A DNA stretch of 63,965 nucleotides, counting the filler, from Folioceros fuciformis (Eukaryota), in the NCBI GenBank assembly GCA_049999805.1. It is 7 parts of 7 records of this genome, joined end to end, with 100 filler letters (N's around TTAATTAATTAA, not from the genome) between each part and the next. Parts side by side here need not be neighbours in the genome. Positions count along the whole stretch, not along the records: positions 43,891 to 51,989 come from JBNGIO010000899.1; positions 52,090 to 59,977 come from JBNGIO010000901.1; positions 60,078 to 63,965 come from JBNGIO010000902.1; 4 more parts are not named here. One strand, 5' to 3'. The notes under the pieces are model-generated. The model saw nothing but the letters and a program-made list of their open reading frames with translations, had not been told where the DNA came from and searched no databases. Positions 48,701-60,622 of the stretch are shown piece after piece. The stretch's first letter is position 1; each line of letters opens with the position of its first letter. The translations under genes and the position numbers were made by a program.

Positions 48701-48975
48701 TGGGTTTTACGCCTGAAGCCGCCGCGGCGCAGGGCAGCCAACAGGAGCGCTAAGGATGATCCGAGCAATGTGAACCTCCGTTATGTATACATCACTTACC
48801 TAATATGTGCTTTAGAGGGAGTGTTGGAGATAAAGCCAACCTCTAGTTAAGTAACGATCGTTAGGGTTAAGTGAAGCGTTATCTAGTCAAGTATAAAAGA
48901 CACAGCTCAAACACTTTTTGCATTCATTTTTATTTGCTTTGATGAAAGTTTATCTTGTACGCTCGTCAGCTTACA
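45784..48975 (+). mobile_element. Internally deleted or chimeric Ty1/Copia element (element C)
   Basis: LTR 45784-46006 with PBS TGGTATCAGAGCC (46007-46019). Gag N-terminus from 47232 fused directly to RT C-terminus/RNase H (YRHAVGSL...DWASD...HARTKHIEI...ADILTK, to 48086). PPT AGAGGGAG followed by a TG..CA LTR at 48822-48975. Confidence 0.85.
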
Positions 48976-51900
48976 AAAGAAACAAAGAACTATTGGCAGC
49001 TCCGCCTACAGTCGCACTAGCACATCCCACTCAGGCCTCTCTTGCCTTGGACGCGGACAGCGTGGGCCTTGCCTGGAACGGGTCATTGATGTTTTGCTGC
49101 TTAGTGAGGCGCCAACAGGCCTCTTTGTACACCTTCCTCAAGCGGGATCATAGCCACCATAAAGACTGGTCTCTGGTAGTCGGCCGCTCTTAATTACGAG
49201 CGGCATCAGGTCCAAGAAAGCATCTTCCTCAAGTCTTAACTAAATATTATTCTGCAATGAATTCAATGATATGAATGAATTCTGGCATATCCTACTGCCG
49301 TGCTCGCTTCCTACCCAGTCTCGGCGCACTCCTGCCTTGGCCACCAAATCCCCGCGCCCTCCTTCCTTGTCGTTGGTCAGGTAGGTCCTCCCATAAAACC
49401 TCCACCTCACTCCCGCTGTCACCTGACTTCTCCTATTGGGGTGCGTGCGGGACTTGCCGCAGAACCCTTCCTTCACCACCCAGCCACCTATTGCTAAGAA
49501 CCATCACCGGTTCTTGCTCCACCATGCTTGTGCTTCTTCCTCCATCACTTCCTCTAGGACTGCCTCCGAATAGTAAGGGGGCAGCCCCCACACCTGGAAG
49601 CAGTGGGAGAAACACCCCCCATGGGTCCTCAGTTGTAGGCAGTAAGCCCTGGTCCCTCCCCCTCCTCCCATGGGCTACCCCGAACTGCCTGTCTTTTGCT
49701 CTCCAGGGGCACTGGAAAATCTTCTGCTCCTCCAGTCGCCGCTGCTGTCAATCCTATCCTCCTAGCGCAGGTTGCCATCCCCACTCTTCCGGTCGCTGGC
49801 TCCTCAACCGTCATTGTTTCCTCTACCCTGGTAGGGTTGTCCCCTACCAGCGTGGATTCCCTCCGACCGGTAGCAACTTTGACTACCTCGATCGCGCACT
49901 AGCTGTTTCGTCTAGCCTTTCCCTTCCCTTTTACCTAGCTTTAGGCCTCATCCCATTCCCGTTTATACCGGTCCGCCAGCTTTTGAACCTTTTCCACTAT
50001 AGCCATCTCTTGCGCTTGTGCCCTCAACAACTCCTGTTGCATTTCCTGGTTAGCCTCGTGGACCTCCTTGACCTGGGTCAGAAGCAACTCTTGCTAATCC
50101 TTCATAGCTTGCATTTCCTCCCGAGCTCAGCGTATTTCCTCCTACGATTGTTCCTTCGCTTCACACAAGGCTTGTTGGGCCTCCTCCAGTTGTCTCCGCC
50201 TTTCTTCTACTGTAGTCAATTGGGCCTGCACCTCTTCCTCCTCCTTCCCTTGCGTGCTCAGCCAAGTTAGTGCCCGCACAGCTTGGTCCAGCATGTCCGC
50301 CTGTGCCCGGACCATGGCTGCTGTCAGACCTGGCAAATCCACCCACTAGGGTGCATCTCGAGTAGCCATTCCTTTGTCCAGGATCCCTCCCCCCAGCAGT
50401 GTGCGCACCCTAGCCAGATCTTCCTCCTGCAATCTCACCACCAAGGGAGTGGCCCTAAAAAACTCCTCCCACCTTGGAAAGTGTTCTTCCTCTGGGGCCA
50501 GCCCTAATTTTTCTGCCACCTCATCCGGTCCCTGTTTTTTTGTTGGCATTGATTCCTTGGGTTCGGCTGAAGAGGCACGTGCCTGTCCGTCTCTTACTTT
50601 TGGGACAAAATCCTGCGGCGCTAAATTCCCTGCTCCCCTAGTACGTCTGTTGACCTTTCTCCTTTTTGCAGGGGTCTTTCGCCCAACCCCTGCCTTCCTC
50701 TTCCTGTCGACTGTTCCCTCTTCATCCAAGCTTCCTGTTGCTCCGGATTCCCAGCTGTTGGACTCATCCTCCTCCTTGGGTTCCTCCGGTTTCCACTTGA
50801 CCTCCCGCACGGGTTTCCACATATGCAGCGAAGCTACTACCTCTATCTCTGGCAGGCTGTTAGCGTGGCATTATAAATGAACAAGGAAGGGGGAGATCAG
50901 AGATGGACGGGGGGTTGGTGAAACCAGATTGTCTCTCTTCGTTCAGTCGATCGAAGATGATTTTTCCCCAGTCGACCCGGCTCCCCTTGACCACTTCGTG
51001 CAGAAATAGCAGCATGTGGTCCAACAGATAATCTTGTTTCCTGTTCTGCAAAAAGCACAAAAGCCACTTAACTAGACCCATAAGCTAGACACACTCACCA
51101 TCTCTCGCGCCAGCCAACCGTTAGCCTCCATATCGATTCCAGACTTGAATAGCGCCCCTGGCGGCTACAGAGGTGCTACGCTTCCTGAGGGTCTCGATAA
51201 CGAGTCCTCCTGCTTCCTCCTGGCTCCTCCCATATTCTGTTTTGACCAGCTCAACATCCCAGTCCTGTGGTCTGTCCCTGGCCCCTTCCCCCTTGATCCT
51301 ATTCCACAACTGTTGCGCACACTCCTGCACTAAAGTGGGGGTCACGTGGTTCCACCTCTTGGTCATGAACCCGAGGCCTAGCTCTTCCACCAGCCCTCCG
51401 ACTTTGGCCTTCTAGTGGTCCATGTTGGGCCAGAGAGCCACCTCCACTTGGGGCACTAGCTCTGACACTGCTTCTCTTGAGGACGCCACCGGCGCCGAGT
51501 CCTCGATTGCCCTCTCCATTGGCGCTGCTCCATCGCCGTCCTGGTGCCACTATCTCTACCAGCTCCCACGTGCCCCCTCCTCTTTAGGTCCGCCCCAATG
51601 TCTGCCGTGCTCAAGTTCTGCCTCTGTCTCGTTTGCTTGCCTGCACCCCGCGTTTTGTTCGCCACACCTGCTCCCCGACGTCGCTCCCGTTGTGGTTGCG
51701 CTCCACTTTGAAAATACTTTAGATCCTTCAGGTCCTACCTTAGGGTTTCTGTTCGTCCGCAACACTTTGGCTCCATCACCACGCTTGGGTTCCACTACCG
51801 GTTCCACCTTCCACAACGTCAACTTGGCTTCCCCTACTGTTGCTGAGTCACAACTCCTCCTTTTTTCCGCCTAAGTCCACGACGTGTTTCTTCCCCCGTA

Positions 51901-51989
51901 GGCTACCCCTTGTTCTATAAATGTAGGGAGGGGGGCCCTTATATAGGCTCCCTAGGATTTATCCGGACACCAAGACCCAAGGACTAAGC
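48976..51989 (-). mobile_element. Unclassified repeat, probably a Gypsy accessory-ORF region, with a long degenerate helical/coiled-coil ORF
   Basis: Minus-strand TATA-like CCTATATAAGGG near 51940. Broken ORFs including VDWGKIIFDRL and a coiled coil. Homologous to 8640-8960, 9127-9289 and 14136-14430. Confidence 0.55.
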
Positions 51990-52501
51990 NNNNNNNNNNN
52001 NNNNNNNNNNNNNNNNNNNNNNNNNNNNNNNNNTTAATTAATTAANNNNNNNNNNNNNNNNNNNNNNNNNNNNNNNNNNNNNNNNNNNNTACGCCGATAC
52101 GCCGATACCGTATCTACCACCACTCTTCTCCTATGTATGTATGTGTGCATGAATATTCTCACATGCATCCCAGTGCATGCATCCCTCTCCGTCCACCTTA
52201 TTCTTATTCCATTTTCCTTTCGCCTATACACTCCGTATACTCACAGTTAATTATTATATTATTTTAAGTACAAACAATATAGTCAACCATAGATAAATGT
52301 AGTATATTTGACATCCAAAAGATTTTTAAAATATATTTTAATATGAACCCTCCAAAAATCGAGTTATCCTCGCACATCCAGACAAAAGTGTACATGTGGC
52401 CTAGACTGGACTGGGCTAGGTTGGACTCAAATGGCATGGACTGGGCTGGGTTGGATTGAAATAGAATGGAATGAAAAGGGTATCAAATATTTTGAAAGTA
52501 G

Positions 52502-52724
52502 CAACCCTTGTTCCTCCTTGTACTATTTCTTCACTCAAAATCACTTATAGCATCAACAACCTCTGGAGTCTCTACAACCCTTGTTTCTCCTTGTATTATT
52601 CCTTCACTCAAAATCACTTATAGCATCAACAACCTCTGGAGTCTCCACAACCCTTGTTCCTCCTTGTACTATTTGTTCACTCAAAATCACTCATAGCATC
52701 AACAACCAACCTCTGGAGTCTCTA
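52502..52724. repeat. 73-bp tandem repeat, 3 copies
   Basis: caacccttgttcctccttgtactattt..ttcactcaaaatcacttatagcatcaacaacctctggagtctc with a period of 73. Confidence 0.93.
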
Positions 52725-53674
52725 CACTACCACGACTTCAGCCACTGGTACATGCATACTAATCGCATTCAATATCAAGGGTACTTACCACATGCCGAAC
52801 ATTGATGGTGCGGTGGCCATATGTACATATTCATAGCAGTTCGTGACGATCGGACAATAATCCACAAGGGAACCAGATGCTATGTACAACACGTCCACTT
52901 CAAGTGGATAAGGATTTACCACATACTTATAGAATTGTACGTGTACATTTATGTACTTTTGTACAATACTCGAATGGTATTACTAGATGCAAATAGAAGC
53001 CTTGGTGGTGCAGATAATATGACACGGCACGTGTGGCGGCTGCTGGCCGGAAAGGATCCTGACTTGACGAGGTGGATTGAGATTGAACCTGCATGCACCA
53101 TGCATCTGCATCACGTGTGAATGTCACGTGTGATACCGTATTCTCATCATTTGTTTTGCTGCCAAGATCGTACTACTCTGTACACCATGAAAGTTTCAAA
53201 CAATCATTAGGTATCATTGGCTTTTCTTGTGGAGAGGTTGGATGAGTACCGTCCTTAATTTCAAATATTATTTGACTTACTACTACTTATGGCTTTAGTA
53301 GTCTTAATGAACTGCTCTGTTTATAACCCATTCTTCTTACTACTTACTGGATGTACCCAGGCGTAGCTTCTTACCAACGGTCGAGTATGCGGTCACCAAT
53401 GCTTGCGAGCAAGTTCGTTGTTAACTCGGATTGAAATCTTGGTTATAGTAATTTTAGAGACTTCATCCCGCGTTCCACGAGTCACCTGTTGGGATCTACT
53501 GGCCTAGCAAAGCTTATTGCGATTTACGAAAATGCAAGCAAGGCGTTTACGGGCGGAGAACATAACAGCCGCCAGCACCATGGCTATTTGGACGATTAAC
53601 TTATGACGTGTGTGTGGCGACACAGCTGAGCTGTGCTGTGCAGTGCAGTGCTGTGAAGTGCATGGGAGTCATCC

Positions 53675-56529
53675 ATGGCTGGTTGGCATCTGCTGCTGGC
53701 CGCTGTGCTCACAGTTTTGTTTGTGGAGTCGGTTCTCGCATTCGATGTGCGCAATCACTTGTCCAGCACCACCAGGTGCTGCACCGCCTCTCTCGAATTG
53801 GGTGAGCTGCGTGCTGCTTGGCAGGCATTATGTGAACTGCCTCTGACACGGCTATGCTCACGCTGTGCAGGTACAGCTTTCGACACAATGGTGGCAGGGG
53901 ACAGGATGTTGTCCCCACTCCTCCTGGATGCACTCCTTTTCATATCAATCTGGTGGTGAGTCGTGTTTCGCATGACACGCTCCTGCCGTATGTGTCTTGG
54001 AGCTCAGCAGCAATGGGCCGGGTTTGGTTGGGTTTTGACCCTTGCAAGGCTGCAGGCGCGGCATGGGACTCGTTCACCTACCAAGAAGAGAATGCGTGAG
54101 CTAGACCAGCTGGAGGGGTGGATTAAGGAGCAAGCCGAGGTGGCCACACTGGACACTGTGTCTGCGTGCAAGCTTCATAACTGGCTGCACAAATGGGAGT
54201 CTCCTTGGAAGGGAAGGAAGCTCGGGGGAGAGTTGGTCACGGTTGGCGAAGAGGAGATGTATGCTCTCGGTGGCAGGTTGCGCACCAGGTTTCCTCAGAT
54301 TTTCTCTGCCGACTATCATCCTGAAATCTTTCGACTGTTTGCTACACAGGTGCCAGTCACATGGACGCCTTTTCCTATGGTTCATGGTTGACTCACTGGA
54401 TTGCTGCGTCCATGGAACACTTGTTTCTCTGATGCATCCAACCAGTTGCACGTTTTGTGGGAGTGACCCCAAGTATTATGGATTCAGGTGCCCAGAGCAT
54501 CAGCTAGTGCGGTGGCATTTGGATTGGGCCTCTTTTCTGGAGCAGGTACACTTGGATCAGGTCGTCAGCGAGCGTTTGCTGTCATCTCCGAGAGTCGTGC
54601 AAATGATACACGTCTTCGCTTCCACGAGTCATGTCAGGCCTATAAGGTGTCACTCATGTATTTGTTTGTTGCCATTCACATTTGCCAGGCTACATGCATC
54701 CCGCTTTGCTTCTGCCTGTTTTTCATCATCGGCTTTTGTTACCTCTCAGGGCTTGAAGAGAGCACAAAAACCAGTTGTAGAGTCGCTCCAGGATCAGATA
54801 TACTCACATGTCGCCTCATCATTGTTGCCTCGCGTTCATCTAAATCTCAGTGGATCTGTGGTCGCCTCTCTGTGGCTTCTTTGTAAGCAGGTGAATTCCT
54901 GAAATGAAATCGTTGTGGCTCTCCAACTTGGATGAATAAACCACTAGTTTTGGACAGTCCTCGCCCGCATACTTCAACTCTGGAGTATTTTTTGTTCCTT
55001 TCTGTTGAAGGAAGCAGCGGTGCTGGACATAACACACCAAGCATGCAGCCTTTTCACCCCAGAACAAGTAAGCTTTTCCTGTGGCTTTCGCCATCGTACT
55101 TCCTTTTTTTTTCTCTCGTCATCTTTGGATGCTTCTTGGATGTAGGTGGAGCTCTTGGAGTTTGCAGATGATGTCGAACTGCACTATCTTAAAGGCTATG
55201 GACAACCTATCAACTATCTCATGGCAATTCCACTTCTCCAGGACGTCTTGCAATCTATGGAGGATGCTATAACGGCTTTTAAAGGTCCCTTACTCAGCTT
55301 TCTTTTTCGACAGATGAAGCTTGTCCTGCATAGTTCCTGTTTTTAGGTGAATGGTTTCATAGAACCGGAATGTAGGGAGAACCTTTTGTGTTCCCATCCG
55401 ATACAAAATTGAAAACAAATGCTGATGGTTGTCGTGGCTGCAGCCTCAAATTTTTGCTTCCAATCGGTCCAAGAACGAGCAAGATTGCGCTTTGCCCATG
55501 CTGAAACTCTAATACCGTTCACTTGTTTGCTAGGCCTCTTTCAAACTGAAGACACTGGTGAGTGACACTAACGGTTATAAAGCGTTACACTCGCCTGTGT
55601 AAAGCGTCAGCGCTTGCCTGGTTAAGTTGGCCAGAAGTTTTTTTGTCCTCCTGTGATGGGTAGGATCCTGTATGGCTGAGGCATGCATGAGTCCTGAATC
55701 CTTCGTTAAGTGCAAGTGCTTGCGAAAGCAGCGCATAGCTGGCTCTAATCACCTCTGCCTAGTTTTATTTTCAGACTTGTCCAAAGTGTATGATGAAGTG
55801 CCCAATGAGGTATCGTGTGACACTTGCCAAGGCAGAGTATGGAGAGGCAGCAACTTGGCGCCATTTGGCGCAAATACCGCACTAGTCCTTTTCAAGTGCG
55901 GTGGTGATCAGAGCTCTGGCAGTGATGAAAACGTGTCTCTGAACTTTTTGGTCCAAGCTTTGCACAACGAGGAACCCGTTCTTCTACCGGTCGGTGTTAT
56001 CTTTGAGTTTGTCTGCGTTAGGCTATCTGTTGGGGGGCTGTAGCCATTGGTAGGCCCCCGTCCGTTGTGTTCTGAAGTACCTGCAGCCTTTTATGTTGAG
56101 CAGTGTTCGGGTTGGTTAAGTCCTTTTTTCTTCCGACTCTCTTTGCAGGGATGTGATTCAGTCTTTTGCCCATTCCATGCTTTTAAGGTGAGAACGTTAG
56201 AGGGTGTGGCTTCTGCCGTGAGAACCGACAAGGCTTGGTCCAATCTCGTGCCAGTTTGTTGCTACCACAGCAGAGTTTTGCATGGCAGAAGGACTTACGG
56301 GTCCTACGGATTTCAACTAGGGCTGTGTAATATTTTCCGAGGTTTTGTCGATGAGAGCTGCCAATCATAACTCACGAATGTGACATCCGAACCTTGTTTC
56401 ACGCAGGAGAGGATTGTTGGACAGCACCTGATTCACCAGAATGAAGATTTGTGTTCTACCAGGAAGCAGTTACACGTCTATCAAGCGATGAATGACATTT
56501 TCAAAACATTGTGGTGGCCATGGCTTTGA
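53675..56529 (+). CDS. Multiple inositol polyphosphate phosphatase 1-like histidine acid phosphatase, multi-exon
   Basis: Signal peptide then FDVRNHLSSTTRY, catalytic ARHGTRSP, PRASASAVAFG.GL, ARLRFAHAETLIPF and APFGANTALVL. Last exon 56407-56529. Confidence 0.9.
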
Positions 56530-59500
56530 ACATGGGTGTTGAATTTTTCTCCTTGAACGGGCAGTGCCTGCCCTAGGCTAGCCTGGCCTGGGCGGCCAGA
56601 ATGGGAGAACATAGGGCAAGGCGAGGCGAGGGGAGGGGAGGGGAGGGGAGGGGGAGAAGGTTTTTTAAAACCGGATCCGTCCACAAGAGATGGATCGTGA
56701 TGTGGGCCTTGGCTGGCCGCCTAGGCCTGTCCCCAGACCTTCTAGGCCCAGAGTCCGGCCGCCATGTAAATCCTGACATGCTTGGGCTGGCTGAGTGCCT
56801 GCCTTACCAGCCCTTTCATTCCGGTCCATTCCGGCTCGCTGCGTCCGCGCGCTTTAGGACTTGGTTCCGTGGCCACACACCCAACAAAGAGATCTGCCCT
56901 TCTTCCTGCCCTTATGAAACCTACAGGTCAGAGGTTTGCCCTTCCCGCTCCTCTCAATAAAGACAGAAAAGACTTGCCTTTCCCTCTCTCCTTAACCAAC
57001 AAAGGAAGAGCGAAGAAGAAGCCGTATTGGGGAGAAAAATTGTGTTGCGTTTGCCTTTTTGCTGGCGACTCAAAGCATGTGCTAGATTCTACAATTCATG
57101 ATTTGATCTTTCAAGAATATAGGTTTAGATATTCAGAGCGATGCTATGAGATTTCTTCCCTCCCCTAGTTGTACGCAATCTCTAAATGTCCATGGTGAGA
57201 GAATTTTGTTACTCAACTTTTCTTGTATTTAGTTGCATTCATTAGCACATATGCTTATACTTATTAATTAAGAAAAAAAAAGTGATAGTGTATTACATAT
57301 TTACTTAATAATACTGATATTTTTTAATTAATAAAAAAGTTTGTGCTGATATCATGTACTTACATCACACACACATCTTGAAGATGGTGTGTGTCTAGAT
57401 CTTGAGACCATGCATCAATAACAACCTTGGCAAGGCAAGATGCTCTAGCAACTTTAGTGGTAGGTAGACCATTTTTCCTACCAAACCTTGTTCTTTTAAG
57501 TGCTATTGGTATTTATTAGGCTTTATGGGTTAGCCCTAGTGTCCCTATTACGGTTTATGGTTTATCTTCTCCCTAGGCGTAGGTTTTGCCATCTTCTTTT
57601 TCTATAATAAGTAAGAGAGTTGTGATCAATAACCTAAACCACCATAACCATGACCAAAGTCTGGATCCTGTCATCATATTCTCGCTTCCCCTAGCACAAT
57701 CTTATAATTATATACTTCTACTTTCTACTTTATTCTAGATTATTTTCTATTATTAGAAAAGAGATGGAAAATCTCATCCACTCCAAAGGTGAGTAGGAAC
57801 AACTGAAAATGGGCCAAAAGCCAAATATGGAATAGGGCATGGTGATGGGCCACAATACTTAAAGTAATCGGCACCAAGCCCTTGGCCAATTATTCAATGT
57901 TGTGTTTAAAGGTAGGCAAGAAGGGAGTTTGGAGGGGTTCGAGCAGCAACTATTAGGCAAGAGAGCAAGGGCGATATTGATGAGCAAAACGATGCCTACA
58001 TGAGTGGATCGCACCCTAGTTACATGGGGAGGAGAAGGTAGGTGGCATATGAGTCTACGAAGTGTTGCGCATTTGCAAAATCTATTGGGTACCCCTAGTG
58101 GATTTGGCAAAGCCCATTTAAGTATGTAACGTAATGCACAAGTATCGTATGGTGGTATGTCTCCACCAAATACGATGTAAAAGCGCAAGATTAACATGCC
58201 CAAATAGGTGAGCAGATAGCCTTATAAGGCATTGTCTAAATGACTAACTTCCTTATAGCGGGGCATCATCTAAATGACTAACTTTCAGGAGCGCCTTAGT
58301 CAGCAAGCTTCTAAGCGTTGTAGTGTGAGTTGCAAGTCGGAGGCTTTGTTTGTATTCCTATGACAACTAAAGCTTAGAATAGGCTTCAACACTATAGGCA
58401 ACCATGCCTTATTACTGGTAGCTTAGCAAAGAAATCCCAATACCTCCAAGGGCAGCATCGTCTTCTAGGTCATATTGCTCAATATTTTGTGGCCCCATAT
58501 TCGAGTAGACAAGGGTTTTCATGTGATTGCTTCAATTGCCTCCTCTTGTAGTTACAGCAAGGCAAATGCCAAAGTAGGTTAGGGTAGCACCTTGTCGATG
58601 GCCTTATATGTGAGCGAGAGTTTCTCACCGTAATCCACATGCAACTACAACTACATATCGCCGTTCAAACAAGGAAAGCATGCCTAATGTCAGCTTTGAG
58701 GCTAGCAAGAGGAGCCGGCCGATCGGCGCCTCCTATTGCACACCTATTCATCAAAACACCAATGACTAAGCTGTCGTGCGGGGCAAACAGCAAACGGACA
58801 AAGTCCGGTTAAGGTCCTTCCCTCTTGATTGCAGCTGATAGTAGTGTAGCAGCCCTCCAACCATGAACATCAGCTGATCTGCATGTACACATGATCAGCA
58901 GCACACAATGTGCTGAGCACAGAAGGAAGCAAGCAAAAATGTGAATCTCCCACCGACATGAAACCAGCTCACACGCAGTTTCTTAGACGTTGTAGCAATG
59001 CCACAATTGATTGGCTGCCGTTGCTGGGCAACTTGGAGTCGCGTGAGTCACACCAGAGCTGCCAATGTACACAGAAAATCCATTGGCTTTACAACACATG
59101 TCCCAAAGTGGGCTGGAAATTACAAACACAAAGCAAGCGAAATCCTTGGTGTGGGGTCATGCACTCTCCCTCGGTGCAATTTTGACGATTGTCTTCTACG
59201 GCGCCCTTCCCAGGGTTTAGCACTGGCCGCCATGGCTATCGTCAGCGACGATTTCAAGTATTAGCAGCGATCATGTCACAGCTGGGCTTACACTCTTAGT
59301 GTGAGCCCACGAGCATCCTGCAGGGCGGCTCGCGAGTAAGCTGCCCTATTTTTCATTTAATTTTTTGCTAACATTTAAGCAGCATTTTGCTAATCTAAAA
59401 AAAAAAAAAAACAAAGGCTAAACTGTTCTAGCACTTTGGTATCGTGACAAAGCTACAATGCAGTCGAGATGCTGGGTCCCTGCTGCTATTGTATTACTCA

Positions 59501-59910
59501 ATGAAAACTTTGGTCCATTCTAGCTATTTTGGCATATAACTCAATAGTGGACATGTTATCAAGCCATTGCGCTCACCATACTATGACCACACATGCTTGA
59601 ATGGTGTATGGCATAGAGCCTTTGCATGGCAAATTGATGAGTTGGGAAAAGATATTGCCTTACGTTTGGAGGCAATTCTTTAGTTTACCGGGGGGTGGGG
59701 CACAATGAGACCATGATTCGAACATAGTTTTGTATAAGAGCAACCACAATTGCAAATATGCATCCAATGTGTGGGACTCTTAGTGTTTGGTAAATCATTT
59801 ACTCTCTTAGTCTTGATTTAGCTGCTTGCAACTTTTTCGTGGTACCTTGTGCAACAATCAAAATGTGCTCCTAGATGTGTAGGATCAAGGGCTTAATTGA
59901 CATCAGTTCT

Positions 59911-59977
59911 TTCCCCCTATTAACCACTGCTGTTGTTTCCCCCTATTGACCACTACTGTTGTTTCCCCCTATTGACC
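59911..59977. repeat. 27-bp tandem repeat at contig end
   Basis: ttccccctattRaccactRctgttgtt, ~2.5 copies. Confidence 0.8.
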
Positions 59978-60622
59978 NNNNNNNNNNNNNNNNNNNNNNN
60001 NNNNNNNNNNNNNNNNNNNNNTTAATTAATTAANNNNNNNNNNNNNNNNNNNNNNNNNNNNNNNNNNNNNNNNNNNNCCTTGCTTGCCTGCCTCACAGAG
60101 CACACACATCAGCGAGAGCTTGTGGCAACCCAAGCCAAGTTTTGCCTTGCAGAGGACCATTCTGTGACAAATTTTCTCAGCTTGCTTCCAGCAGCTACCT
60201 CTTTCCCTGCCATGGTCTGCCAGCTAAGCCGGAGCTACCTTTGTTGCACCATGTGGCTATTCTGCATGGTCTGTAGCTCCATTGACTTACGATTCGGGTT
60301 TTCCCGTTTTTTTTGCCTCGAGTTCTCTGGGATGGGGTGAGGAGAGCTCGAACCGACCGTTGTAGTTCCCCTGCCCACTGACAGTGCGGCCAACCTAACT
60401 GCCGCGGCTCCTAAACCACCGCCGCGCTTTTTGGTGCTTTCGCGGCTTGCCCAGCGAAGCTTGCAATCGGATGATCCGTGTCTCCACATCTGCACCGAAG
60501 AAAAAGAGGGAAGCAAGGAAGGATGGATAAAATGGACGTTGTCGTGATGCGATTTCGGTGAAGTTGATCGGAAGGGCTGAGGAGTGTGGGGAACTGAGAG
60601 AAGCGCGGTTGCAGCGACAGCA

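Noticed and set aside
49200..49226. Hammerhead ribozyme or PBS in the conserved GCGGCATCAGGTCCAAGA block
   Set aside because: The minus strand gives CTGATGC, not CTGAnGA. There is no adjacent LTR CA end or recognisable tRNA complement.
49275..50270. 331-aa plus-strand ORF
   Set aside because: Low-complexity shadow of the purine-rich minus-strand coiled-coil ORF, with no recognisable motifs.
59211..59220. Telomerase RNA template (CTAAACCCTG on minus strand)
   Set aside because: A single 10-mer. I could not see a USE/TATA promoter or pseudoknot on that strand, and telo-box words are common in plant DNA.
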